DNA of 64,000 nt from the human T2T-CHM13v2.0 reference genome, Homo sapiens. The stretch lies in assembly GCF_009914755.1 (NCBI RefSeq), contig NC_060926.1. The stretch is one strand, 5' to 3'. Made by a program: the position numbers and the translations under genes. Position 1 is the stretch's first letter. The number at the start of each line of letters is the position of its first letter. Of this stretch, positions 14,706 to 29,358 are shown one piece after another. Below the pieces are notes generated by a model. The model was not told the DNA's origin. It saw nothing but the letters and a program-made list of their open reading frames with translations, and searched no databases.

Positions 14706-16539
14706 ATTAGGCTAAAGTACATGTGCTTATGAAAGAGGACATAGATTGTTTTAATTATGTGAAGAGGTATAAATAATTGATACTGAGACTTCTGAAAGGT
14801 AGCTAGATTGGCAGAAGAGAGGATATTTGAGGGAGCTAGGGAGAAGACGTGACAGAAATAGAGAACATCACCACCTTGATCCCAGCTCTACCTGGACACA
14901 TCTCTACTCAGCATCCATCAGTCAAGAGCAGACCAAAGATGGGGCCTGAATATGGAGTCACATCTTTCAACTAAAACACAACTTCGTCTTGATTGTTTTT
15001 TTTTAGGTCATTACCTCAAATATCAGCAATATTGCTTTTTTATTTGTTTGCTTGCTTGCTTTTCGTATAGATACCCTGGTGTATGGTTCTAATCTTGATT
15101 CACTCCCAGAATGACCATGGCATTGCTTCTGTATACTGTGATGGGCACACAATGAGGAAAAGGGAAACCTCTTTTGTTGAGAAAAAACTCAATGGAGTTT
15201 AATTCCTCAGTTTGGAATTTCATTTCTATAAGAGACCTTCCCTCCAAAAAAGTGATTCTGTTAACTTGTGAATATTAACTAAAGAGATAAGTGTTTAAGC
15301 ACTTTTAGTATGGAACAAAATAGTTTCTGGTACATTTCATAATGTTCCAAAATTAGGCAAAGTAAAATATTCTTAATAAATGAAGTCAATGAGTGTGTTG
15401 AGGCTGTTTAAGGTTTTTGCAAGTATATTTTATCCACAAATAAAACAGGTGGTTTCTTGTAGTTTTAAATTTTTTTTATTTTATTTTTCTGGCTAAACTC
15501 TGTCAAGTATCTCATTTCTAATTCCTCCTGAGAAAACCCAGCAGGGCAGACAGAACACTTCCTTTCAGGACATCAGTCACCGTTAATTGCTAATGGGGCC
15601 ATAAGCTAAGGAGAATAAAAGAGATGCCTGCATCAGTGCTAGCCACTGCTGTAATTAGCAAGTGATGTGCCCTTTCATCTGTGCGCAATAATTGATTTAA
15701 TAAATTCTTTTTCTTTCTGAGGCTCTAATGAGCTTCCAAGCCAGGGGTACCCAAGTAAGTGTGGCAGGCTAGAAACACAATTTCCATTGCCTAGTCTTCC
15801 TCAAGTTGGGGTTTATTCAACAAATTAACTAAAAACCATGTTGTGGACTGAACCAAAACTATTTCCTTAGTAATACAGATCTCAAATTGAAATAGGTGGT
15901 CCTAAAATCAAGGTATATCCTCTGTGTTCTAAGAAATCAATCTTGAATAGAGAAGTGATAGCCAACATTTTTAGAGTGCTTACTATGTGCCAGACACTAT
16001 TAAAATGCTTTACATACTAGTTTCAGTACATCTGAAATGAAGGGAAATGAGTTTAGAGAGATTAAGTAACAGATCCAAGGTCTCCCTAATTTTAAGGAAG
16101 ACCTTAGACACCAGGTCTGTCTTGGCTCATAACCACTGACCTAAATTTCCTCCTTGAGCAGAATTGGGAATTTAATAAGTGACTCAGATCTGCACAAAAT
16201 TCTTTCTTGCTTGGGAAAGATCCAATAGGAAAAAACAGACGCTCCATCTTGCCAAAAAAGAACTTTGCTTTAAAGTGGACATGTAAATACAGTGGAAACT
16301 GTTGTCGTTTTGAAAATTTGTTTTTATAAACTTAATGAATGATGTAAAAATTAGATGATAAGCAAGATTGCTAATTTGAGCCATTATGTTTTTGTTTTTG
16401 AGGACTTATAAAATGTTCTGGTCTGATTTTAATTGAGTTTCTTTTTGAATTTCAATTATATGTTGTTTCCAAAGAACTTTTTCATGGTTTCCAAATGAGT
16501 CCCTGACCAGACAATATCCACAGTTCTTGGCAACGTTGA

Positions 16540-16930
<391 letters not shown>

Positions 16931-16999
16931 GACTTCAACTATTGAAGCATTCATATAATATTTGCAAAAGAACTTATATTCTTGGCAAGTACTTTGTCA

Positions 17000-17225
17000 G
17001 TAATTGAACATATACTATATGCTCATTTTACTAAGTACTCTATATATACACTTTAAAAATTTAATTCTGATAGCAATCTTATAGAGTAGTTATTATGTTT
17101 TTTCTCCCCACTGTACAGAAGAGGAAACTGAGTCTCAGTTAAGTTATCACAAAGGACATACAGCTAGTAAATGGCAGTATCATTTAGAGCAGTCTGACTC
17201 CAATGTCACTAACTCTATCCACTAA
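17000..17225 (-). mobile_element. MIR remnant
   Basis: tacagaagaggaaactgagtctcag..aagt..aaggacatacagctagtaaatggcag is the antisense MIR core. Confidence 0.7.
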
Positions 17226-19244
17226 GCTGTAGTTACCCTCATAACTGTTGTAGAGAATACACTGAAAAAAAGAATATGCTTTTTGCCACCATCATTTGAA
17301 TTTTAAAGGTTACTTTACCAAACCAGGTAAAATTTAGGTCTTGTTTGACTGCTGCTGCCACAGCTCCAAGGTTCCTTTCCATTTTACCTGATGCTGAAGT
17401 GCTAATTCATGCTCACAGAGGGTGTGACCAAATCATTCATTCAGGAGTCTGCGTCTTTGGACAAATATAGTGAAGTGAGGCTATGAGTTATGCTTGAATT
17501 AAATTATTTTTATTCAATATTTTTTTTCATTGGATTTTATCTTTGAACTAGTGAAAATACTAGAAATTGGGCCAGTTAGAAACTTTTAAAATAAGGGGTC
17601 GCCTAGCACCATGGCCCTGAGCCAGTCTAAAAGGAAAGAAGGACCCATAGTGTTTCATTTATTTTGTTTTCTTACAGCAATTTTTCTGGGTAACTAAGAG
17701 TGAGTGAAACTCCGACCCTGGGTTTCACTGGTGTACTCTTTCACCCGTGAAGGCGGCCCTTGTTTTGAGTTTGTGCTTGTCCTGGACCTGGTTCAGGAGG
17801 CAGCTCTATTATCTAACTGTGCCATCTTTAAAAGGGGTCGTGTAGATGAGGTTTCGGGGAGGGCGGGTGGTGGGAGGATATCACTAAAGTTCTAAATGAA
17901 GTTAAAAAAACAACCAGTCAGAAAGGAGGATAAATGTTTTGTCCTCCAAAAAAGGATATTCTTAAAAGGAGAGGACAAAAGGACAGGTCCTCACCCAAGG
18001 ACACGCCCATGGAAAGTCACACAGAGCCGGGCAGTACAGACCAGCCCAACACAGGGTTTAGCAAACAATGCTTGCCCTACCCCACCCACATCCCTGGAGC
18101 TGAATTTCAAGTTCTGATTTTAGACAATACAGCTGGAATGTCTGCACTTTCACTCCACAACACATGCAGTTTCAGGCAGCTCTCTGGTAAAAAAAAAAAC
18201 AAAACAAAACATTTGGACAAATATTATAAGAATGAAAATGAAAATTTGAAAAGTAAACTACATCTATGGTGAATTTGGCAATTAAATTCTTCCAGGCAGA
18301 ATGAACAGAAAATAAGACATTTTGGGGTACCTCACAAGAGGTTTAGTTTCATAATGACTTGAGGAAGTAGGGTGAATTTATTGGAGGAGAAAAGGTACTA
18401 TCGTGATTAAATCACAACACTAAGCCTTTTTGGTATTTAAGGGAGGCTCAGGAAACTTCCATACACAGGAAGATAATTTTACATTTGATAAATTATTTGC
18501 AAGGCTTAGAGTCCTGTCCAGTGTTCTCTATAAGACTATAAATGCTTTGGATGCCAGACATAAAGAAAGCTCTGGGAAAATGTTGCTTCATTAATGTGTC
18601 CTGTTTAGTCCTAAGATCTAAATACCTTAGAGCAATGGTTAAACCTTGGTTTAGCACTACAGGGTCAGTTCTTCCAGACTTCTGAACTATCTCCAGGATT
18701 ACAGTAAATGTAGTTTACCTTGCAGTAGATGTCTTTCCAATAGGCATTAGCCTCACCTGTCTGGGGACAACCCTATAGCCTCTTCCTTCAACAAGGCAAT
18801 ATTTCTGAATCAGCAGATGTGGGGTGGAGTATTAGCTCTATTACTTAGCAGTTGTGTGATATTGACCAAAGAAGTCGGTTCCATGTCACTGAACTGGGGA
18901 TAACGACATCTACTCCATCTAACTCATGAAGTGGTTGTGAGACTTGGATGAGGTCAAGAGTTTATAAACTCTGGAGTATGGAGCCCTCTTTCTGTCTTGA
19001 GCAACCAGAAACATTTTTGTGCCTATGAAAGAACTTAAAGAGGAAATACAAGTGGTTAAGAGCTGGAGTACAGGAGTAAAACAGACCTGAATTTGAATGC
19101 TGTTTTGCCGTTTTGTAAAACCTTACTCAGACAATTTGCTTAACCCTTCCAAGCATTAGCAGAGTGTTTGACACATAGTTTAGTGCACAGTAAATGTTAG
19201 TATTACCATATTGATGGTTTTAGATAGTTTTGTAGTTAAAGGTG

Positions 19245-19707
19245 TGTTAAAGAAAAAATTATTCAATTACACTTGTTAAGGCACAGTAAGGAAGACTTCA
19301 TTTGGGAGAATCAAGATAGATATAGAGACCACTGTAATGAGATTTTGCAGTGAGAAACAGAGATTGAGTCCACTCTGATTACAGCACTGGCAGAGTGGGA
19401 GTAATTGAATGGGAAATTACTAAGAGGAAACATCAGGGGTAAGGGGGATTCTGGCCAAACCAACCTAACAGTACTCTTGCTGAAGACAGGCCAGGGTAAT
19501 CAGTCATCACCTGGGGGATGGTGGAGGAAAAGACCCCAATGAGATATTGAGGGTAATCAGACATGATGGGGCTGGGGGTGGTGTTTCTTGCTAAACTGAC
19601 TTAGAAGGGTTCTTTTCTAAAACAGATTTTATAAGGAAGTACACAAACGGGCCTTGGAGAAGGTTCAGCCTCTGCCTAATGTTTGGTCAAGCAAAGAATC
19701 TTTGGCA
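19245..19707 (-). mobile_element. MER31-like ERV1 solo LTR
   Basis: TG...CA ends; minus strand begins tgccaaagattctttgcttgaccaaac..gaaccttctcc..gtacttccttataaaatc, as in the recalled MER31 consensus; near-TSD ggtg/cgtg. Confidence 0.7.
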
Positions 19708-20810
19708 CGTGTGGGCTATGGAGTCAGACTGTCTAGATCCTGTGAAAATATATTTTTTAAAAAAGATAAAATCATGACTCTCAAATAGAAGATGAACACT
19801 TGTCAAAGATTATATTCAACTCATTAATTGAGAAAACCAATATGATGTTTCAAGCAGTTTGAAGGCAAATTCAAAATACCATTTATAGACAATTGGGAAT
19901 GCTAAAATTAACTTACAAATAGATGCAAAACAAGCTTTTTGCATGATGGGAGGGGAAATCAAAAATTGTCTCTCCACCTGATAGAACCATTTGTATGTCT
20001 ATGAACAAGAATTACTTCCAATGCCAACAGTTTTCTATAATTTTCAGAGTTATAATTGGCTGAAAGACAACAAAATAATTCATATAAAATGAAAGACTAA
20101 AATGGCAGTGTTTGGAGCAGATTTAAGTTAGTCTAGAAATCAGAGAAAGTGAAATCTTTTGATACCTTAATGTTGTGAACTTAAATTTTACTTTTGTAAA
20201 AACTGTGGGGAAATACTACCACCCAGAAAGGGCCAGTTCCTCTGGCAGAGGGGTGAGCCTCATCTGGATTATTGCCTAGTGCTCAATTTTGCATCTCATT
20301 CAAATTTGACTCCTTTGTGCTTTCAATACATTTGACCCTTAAGGAATCCACTTAATATACTGATCCAACTATTTCTTAAGAATAAGATCATCAATGGCCT
20401 TCATTTAATTATTACTAACTGTATCAACAAATGCCGTGGGATTCAGTTCGTTTAAGTTGTCTATTTAAATATCATTTTTACCACATGAATTGTATTATGT
20501 ATTTATGTTTGCTTCTAAGATATGCCCGGCTTTTGCAAAGCTGTCTAAAATCAACTGAAAAGTTTTTCTTTTTTGTTGTTCAGATTGTTTGTTTTGATGT
20601 ATTGGTAATAGAACTCATTAGACTATGGGACCTTAGACAAGTTACCATAGCTCTTTGCATCTTTATTTATTTTATTGATGTATAAAATGGTGACAATAAT
20701 GTTACCTCTGATGTTAAAAAATAAAATTTATGTAAAACCCCAGGCAAGGAATCTACTGAACACTAATTTTTAAAAAATTGCTGCCCTTCCCTCTATGTCT
20801 CTAGGACGTC

Positions 20811-20879
20811 TGTGTGTGTGTGACTGTGTGTGTGTGTATAAGAGAGAAAGAGAAAGAGAGAGAGGCAGAGGGAGAGAGA
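20811..20879. repeat. Compound (TG)n/(AG)n low-complexity repeat
   Basis: Direct reading. Confidence 0.85.
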
Positions 20880-21327
20880 AATGAAGGCACTAACAATATT
20901 TTCTTTGTGTAACTTGCTCACAGAACTCTGAGATCTTCCTTGAATGAGAGTTCTATGTGTACCTCATGGCCCTGTTGGGATTAGGTGTGGAATAGGAAAG
21001 GAAGATAGACATGGACAATTTGCCCCACAGTTCCTAGTGAGAGGGAGCTATTGTTGACAGTATTGACAAAACTTAATCAATGTTGTCCTGATTGTCTTTT
21101 ATATCTTTCAAGACAAAACACAAATAACATAATAAGGCAACCCACAATGGACACTTAAATGGAATCAATGCCACTAGCTTGGTGTTCTGCCTGAATGCAC
21201 AGGAGAAAACATTTGAATGAGATGCAAAATTCAACAGTAGGCAATAGTCTGGATGAAGCTTATCCCCTTCGCCAGAAGAAGTGGAATTTTCTGGGGTGGT
21301 GCTATTTCCTGTAAGTTTCAACAAAAG

Positions 21328-21451
21328 CATGTAGGCTGGTGACCTATCTGAGTACTCATAGATCCAGCTATCTGCATGAGTATACATGGAGCTGGTGATC
21401 TAAGAGCATGTGGGGCTGGTGATCTGTCAATGCACATGGAGCTGGTGATCT
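21328..21451. repeat. Short degenerate tandem repeat, core catg(t)ggrgctggtgatct, about 4 copies
   Basis: gctggtga(c/t)ct at about 21335, 21391, 21415 and 21441. Confidence 0.75.
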
Positions 21452-21559
21452 GCCTGCCTGTGTACAGTTGTCCTCTCATGGTCACAAAAGCTCCCATCTG
21501 CATTACTTAGCTTCAATTGATCTATGTTTTTTCTATGGTTATTATTTCTTTTGTGGTTG

Positions 21560-23200
21560 TTGGGTTTAAAGAAACACTTTCTAATATGGGAAATTTTGAC
21601 TTATACAAAAGTAACAAGATGATGATAATGAGTACCTCTATATCCATCCCTAGCTTCAATAAATATTAACTCATGGCCAATCTTAATTTCAGCCATACCC
21701 ATACTTGCTACCACATTCAACAAATTATTTTGAGGTGAATTTTCAGACAATACATAAATTTATATGTAAATATTGCAATATTTGTCACTAAAAATAATAA
21801 TAATATTTTGAAGATCAAGTTAAAACAAAAATCTGTTAGCACATTTCATAAAGATTAACTAAGATTGACCAGAGAATTAACAAAATTTTGAAGATTGAAG
21901 TAATAAAAAATTGTTCTTTTTGTAGTATATAACATTTGATACATAAGAATAATATATGGAACCATGTGTATATTACTGATCAAGACACTAAAATAAACAC
22001 ACATGAGCCTACAACCTAGTTGAAGGACTAGAACAATTCCTATGTCAATGAATATGTTCTTTCTCTATCTCATTTTTCTTTCTTTTAGAAGTTAACATGT
22101 GTAATTTCATAGTTTAAGTAATTTTCAACGGGAAAATACCTCAAATATCACATTTTCATGCATCACCAACACTCTAAATCTCACATTTATTATTCTATGT
22201 TTATGGTTTTATATAGATGTGTTCCTTCCTATAGGACACATTGTTCCATTTTGTTCATTTTCAGACTTTAGAAAAATGGCATTATGCCATATGTAATATT
22301 TTGAAACTGACATTTGTTCAGTATATACTGTTTCTAAGATTCATCTCTATTGTTGCAGTTAGCTTTAGAGTTGCTTCATATTTTACCGTTGCATAAAATT
22401 TCATTGTGAGAATATACTAGAATTTGTCTATTCTATTTTTGAAAATCCAATGTTCTCTAAGAAAAGTTCCCAAAAAAACAATTGCTGAATCATAGAGTAT
22501 CTGAATAGTAAAATTCAGAAGATAATGCCAAGTAATATAGGGAAAGGGTATTAGTGTCCTTCTTTTACATTTATACCATTTCTTGGTATTATTGAACTTT
22601 TTTCCACTAGGAAATGGTATACCAGTCATTTTAGAGAAAATTATACAACTTTTTTGGAAGGTATTAATGAAGACTCAATTGAAGACAGAAGATGGATATG
22701 AAGACTCAATATAATAAAGATATTAATTAATATATCTAGTTAGTATAAATAACCTATTAGTTTCCCTAAGTGGGCTTACATATTTAATGAAATTTCAATA
22801 GAAATATCCACAGGTTTAATATGATACTTGTGAAGATAAGTTTTAAATTTATGTAAAATTGCAAAGTCTCAAAAATAGACAAGGCACTTCAGAAGAAGAA
22901 GATTTGGGAGACTAATTAAATCAGATCTCAAGTCTTTTAATAAATCTACAGTAATTAAGACAGCATAGTATTGGGAAAGGATAGATACAAAGACCATAGA
23001 GAAAAGACTCCATAAATAGACTCACACATATATGGAAACATACTTTTTGATAATTGAATAGACTGCACATCTCTGGGGATTAATCAAGAAATGATGAGAC
23101 AACTGGCTATCCATTGGGAAAAAAATTGGATTGCCACCTTTCATTATACATAAAAATCAATTCGTGGTGCATTTAATACTTAACTATGAAAATATGGTAT
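21560..23200. mobile_element. Cluster of ancient L1M fragments (minus to about 22620, plus-strand ORF2 about 22630-23200)
   Basis: Degenerate ORF2 motifs (ctacagtaattaagacagcatagtattgg; acaactggctatccattggg) and L1ME-like 3' UTR pieces. Confidence 0.65.
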
Positions 23201-23327
23201 TTGAGGTATTTTCCCATTGAAAATTACTGAAACTATGAAATTACACATTTTGTAAGCTTCTAAAAAGCATTGTTGATCAAAAAATGCAAAATACTTGGGC
23301 CACAACCTAAATAAAAGTGTGCATCCA

Positions 23328-23679
<352 letters not shown>

Positions 23680-25031
23680 TCATCTGGAAGATATTTGACA
23701 AATCAGGTGAATCTAACTTATTTTTAATGGCCTTATAGTCTCAATTCATCATGCGTTAACAGTTCTTTCCCCCCATAAAACTGGGACTCCATAAGTTACC
23801 CTTAGTATAAGGATGAATAAAAAAGGAAATGGACTGACCAATAACCCACCATATTGGACCTTATCATAGGGAGATGAGCCACTGTCATGGAGACGTTGTG
23901 TATTTGGATGCCCATGACAGTCCTCATTTTAAACTAACACCTTATGTTTTAAGTCATCAATTCATAAGTCATCTGCTTCTAAGATATTTGTTCTTTCTCA
24001 ATATGCTAACTCTGGTTTCTGAGGCTACACGGCTACAAACTGACTGACATTAGTTCATGGTAAACTCATCAAGGTTATCAAGTGAAAATATTTTCAATAG
24101 TATAATATTTTAATATGTAATAGGAATCAAACAGCAATAGTAGTCAAACAGTTGAAGATCCATCCTTGAAGCCAGGGTATATGTCAAAAATTGTTGACTT
24201 GTGATCCCTATTGGAATGGAAAAGTATGTTTGTAAAAATTACCACCAGGAAAGGAACTTCTTACGTTAAACTCATTCGTTGAGAAAATTACGAATACTGT
24301 CTTAGTAGCCAAGGCTCTTAATTGCAAATAACAAATACAATTTTTCTAGTTTAATCAGAAAAAGGAATTTACTAATAGATGTTGAAGAGTTTATGGAGGC
24401 TTTTGAGAGAACTGTCAAATTATACTGGAAATTAAGTTTTCAGGAAAAATGTATAAAACCAGGCAATGAACTAACACTTGATGAAGAAATTGCCATTGCT
24501 GCTACCACTATGATGTCACCAAGCGTAAAATGGAAGAAAATTGACCTTGCTGCAATTACTACTCTTCCTTGCCATTCCACTTACCATGCCACTTCTGACT
24601 CAAACAGTTGATTTTGCAAACTCAAAAAACCAGACAGTCTGCTACTATTATCACCTTGACGAGTCTCTTGCCCAAACTGCTCCCATCTGAAACAGTCTTA
24701 GTCAGCTATGCCTGCTTGTTGGAACTTAGGTTATATGCCCACATTCTAGTAGTCAAAATTGTGTTTTGCCTATTTTATTGGGAAAACAGCTCTCCTGGAA
24801 TTTTCATATGCTAGTCTAGGGTCTCCAAGAGAAGATTCCCAGATGAAATTAGGCATGCATGAGATTTATTGGGAGAAACATTCTGAAGGATAAATGGGTA
24901 ATGAGTGTAGACAGGGAGAAAATTCAGACCATAATGCAGGACTCACACCTATGAAGGGAGAGAGGAAAGAAAGGTTTGGGCCAGGATAAACTCAGATAGC
25001 AGCACAGTTCTGAGAAAGTTTAAACCAAGCT

Positions 25032-25032
<1 letters not shown>

Positions 25033-25074
<42 letters not shown>
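25033..25074. repeat. (TG)~20 microsatellite
   Basis: Direct reading. Confidence 0.95.
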
Positions 25075-25075
<1 letters not shown>

Positions 25076-25979
25076 GGGGAAAATTCCTGAGCCTAAGATG
25101 CCACTTAAATAAATTCATCATTGAACAGCAGCGGCTGTTTAAAATAGCCTTCCAGTGCTCACTCATTGGCTGAGAGCAGCTCAGAGTAAGTATGGCCTGG
25201 TGTGAACACCAAGCTAGATCCCAAGGTATAGCAGCTGGAGGCAGTCAATGATCCATTTTCCCCATAACAAGTTTTCTTAAAATGGTATCTAAGCACAGCA
25301 CCTCCATAATCACCATATATCCCAAATATGGAAATATTCAAAGGACAGTGAGCTGCCATAAAAATGAAAAATGGTGCCAACCCTCCCTCTGCCAACCACT
25401 CAACATCAATACTGTACAATCCTTCTTCCATAATACAAAAGAGCCACAAGTAATCATTCCTATCAAACAATGTCACTGGTTCTCATGCGACCCAGTTTCA
25501 TCCTTAAATTGAACTTGAACAAAGATTAACGAGTCAAAAATAGCCAGAGCCATGAGATCAGAAAGAAAAAATATTTTAAAGTATATTAATAGTAAGTGCA
25601 AAATATTTTCATTGGCTATGATAGTGACAAGAGCCAATTTTGCTTCTATCCTTTATTCCTGGACCTATGTATTTGGGTTACAATAAACATGGAATCACAT
25701 ATTAGTGATTAGTTCAGCCTACACATCACATCCTGTTAGGACTGTAATCCAAACTCACAAGGCAGTTCCTCCCAGCTGGCTTCATTCATAACTGAGCCTT
25801 CAGTTAACTATTCCACTATTTACTTCTGAGTGGTGGGGTATATGGTAAAATCAGTGAATTCTGTCCATTTCAGTGTATTGCATTACTTCTTTTGCTATAA
25901 AATATGTTTCTTTGTGGGCAGCAATGCTTTGTGAGCAGCATGTCAGCAGCAATGCTTACTAAGACTTCGTCTAAAGTCT

Positions 25980-27140
<1,161 letters not shown>

Positions 27141-27967
27141 GTAAGTTCCTATTCTAGTGAGAGAAAATCATTGTTTCTTCTGTAGTAAAAGAGATTCAAT
27201 GTAATGAACTGGCTGATAGTCTGGAGTTGGGTTCTTCCAGTTGGTTACATCATGTCCTGAAAAAGTTAAACACCAGCACTGGGGAAAAGTCAGTTTTGAG
27301 GAAGAAAAATTTATCATAATGAGATTATACATAGCTTCTGTTCCTGCTTTCATGACATTTTTCTCATGAAATCACCAACTAATGGCAAAAAAGAGGAATG
27401 ACTAATATCCTGAATTCTTCTGCATCATATTACTAAGAGCTTCTGTAGAGGTAGACTTTCGCCGACTATTAACATGAGATTCAAATGTTCTCCCAGTCTG
27501 CCAGATCCACCTATATTCCTTTTTCTATACCTGCTTGTCACTAATCTTCCAAGTCTCCAGTCTTCCATGCTCCTATTCCTTCCATGACCTCAACTATCTG
27601 ACCAACAAAAAATGGGTAGTGAGCCATGTTTGCAGCTGAATTCATTGAGTAATCTCCCCTTCTACACATAGGGGAACAGACATGTAAATCACAGTTCTAG
27701 CCATTGGTAAAATTTCCTTCCTCTGTTGTAAATACAGGGCCATCACCCTTTGTGATTGTCAGGTTGAAGTAGTTCTTTCCCCAATCATGCCAGCATACAT
27801 ACCAGAGCTCATGCAGAGCTACTTGTAAGGTGGGCTCAACTGGCCATAGGGAACTTTTCATGAGGTCCAATCCATAGAATGAGCAAGAAATAGATATTGG
27901 GAGTGTGTGTCACATGTTCATGCATTTCATCTTTTAAATAAAGGACTTCTTCAAACCCAATCCTATA

Positions 27968-29053
27968 TGTGGTAAGTAAAATTCTAAAATAGCTCCTCTG
28001 GTAGGTAGGTTGAATTATGACCCCCAAAATACATCCACATGATAATCTTAAGGAACCAGTGAATATATTTGGCAAAAAGGCCTTGCAGTTATTATTAGCT
28101 TGAAGACCATGGATGTGGAGATTCTTCTGGATTACCCAGGTGGGCCATATGTAACCACAGGTGACTTTATAAGGGGAGGCAGCAGGGTCAGGAGGCAGAG
28201 AAGGTGGTGAGATGAAGGAAGAGTCTGGAGTGATACGGCCATGAGCTATGGAATGCCAGAGACCTGTGCGAGTTGGAAATGAGGAAACTTCTCTAGAGTC
28301 CTAGAAACCTCTAGAATAAACCAGCCCTGATAACACCTTAATTTTAGCTTAATAAGATTTATTTCAGACTTTCATCTCAAGAACTGTAACAGAATAAATT
28401 TGTGTTGTTTCAAGCCACTGTGTGGTAGTATTTTACTGCAGCAAATGGAAAGTAATACAGCCCCTAAGATTTCCAGTGGGTATACACACCCTGCATAACC
28501 CCTGGGGCTCTGAGTATGACAGATTTTACTTCTGTGACTAAGTTATGTTTTATGGCACAGCTGACTTTAAGAAGGGAAGATTATCTGGATGGGGCTTATC
28601 TAATCACATGATCCCTTAAAAGCAGAAAATTTTCTCAGGCTGGTCACAAAAGGGAAGCAAGAGAGATATAAAGCATTAGAGGCCTTCAACTACAGAGGAA
28701 TTCTTCATTGCTGGCTTGAAGATAGAGGTCATGTTGCAAGAAATATGGTGGCATCTAGAAGCTGAGAATGGCCCCTGGCTGACAGCTAACAAACACAAAC
28801 CCCTGTTCTGCAAATGCAAAGTACTGAACTTTGCCAAAAAGAATGTGCTTGGAAGGAAATTTTCCCCCAAGGCCTCCAGACAAGAACCCAACCCATCTAA
28901 TGCCAGGATATCAGTCCCGTGACACTCTGAGTAGAGAACCTAGCCACGTCATGCCAGGATTCTGACTTCAGAAAATGTGAGATAATAAATTAGTGTTGTT
29001 CTAAGCCACTATATTTGTGGTAATTTGGTAAGCAGTAATTGGAAACTTATACA
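27968..29053 (+). mobile_element. MaLR LTR (MLT1E/F-like) with 5-bp TSD, interrupted by a second MLT1 LTR
   Basis: tgtggtaag..aattctaaaat start and ..ggaaacttataca end; TSD ctata at 27963-27967 and 29054-29058. Confidence 0.75.
27997..28459 (+). mobile_element. MLT1C-like MaLR LTR nested in the older MLT1
   Basis: ..aataaatttgtgttgtttcaagccac..gcagcaaatggaaagtaataca end; near-TSD gctcc/gcccc. Confidence 0.75.
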
Positions 29054-29066
29054 CTATATGAGACAC

Positions 29067-29358
29067 TTTTTTTTTTTTTGAGATGGAGTCTCGCTCTGTC
29101 GCCCAGGCTGGAGTGCTGTGGCACAATCTTGGCTCACTGCAACCTCCACCTCCCCGGTCCAAGCAATTCTCTGCCTCAGCCTCCCAAATAGCTGGGATTA
29201 CATGGACCCACCGCCATGCCTGCCTAATTTTTGTATTTTTAGTAGAGATGGGGTTTCACCATCTTGGCCAGGCTGGTCTTGAACTCCTGACCTTGTGATT
29301 TACCTGCCTCAGCCTCCAGAAGTGCTGGGATTACAGGCGTGAGCCACCGTGCCTGGTC
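29067..29358 (-). mobile_element. AluS
   Basis: Full antisense Alu. Confidence 0.93.

Noticed and set aside
21328-21451. Repeat-spacer appearance reminiscent of a CRISPR array
   Set aside because: Human DNA, degenerate units, spacers only about 5-8 nt, no cas genes; it is a simple minisatellite.
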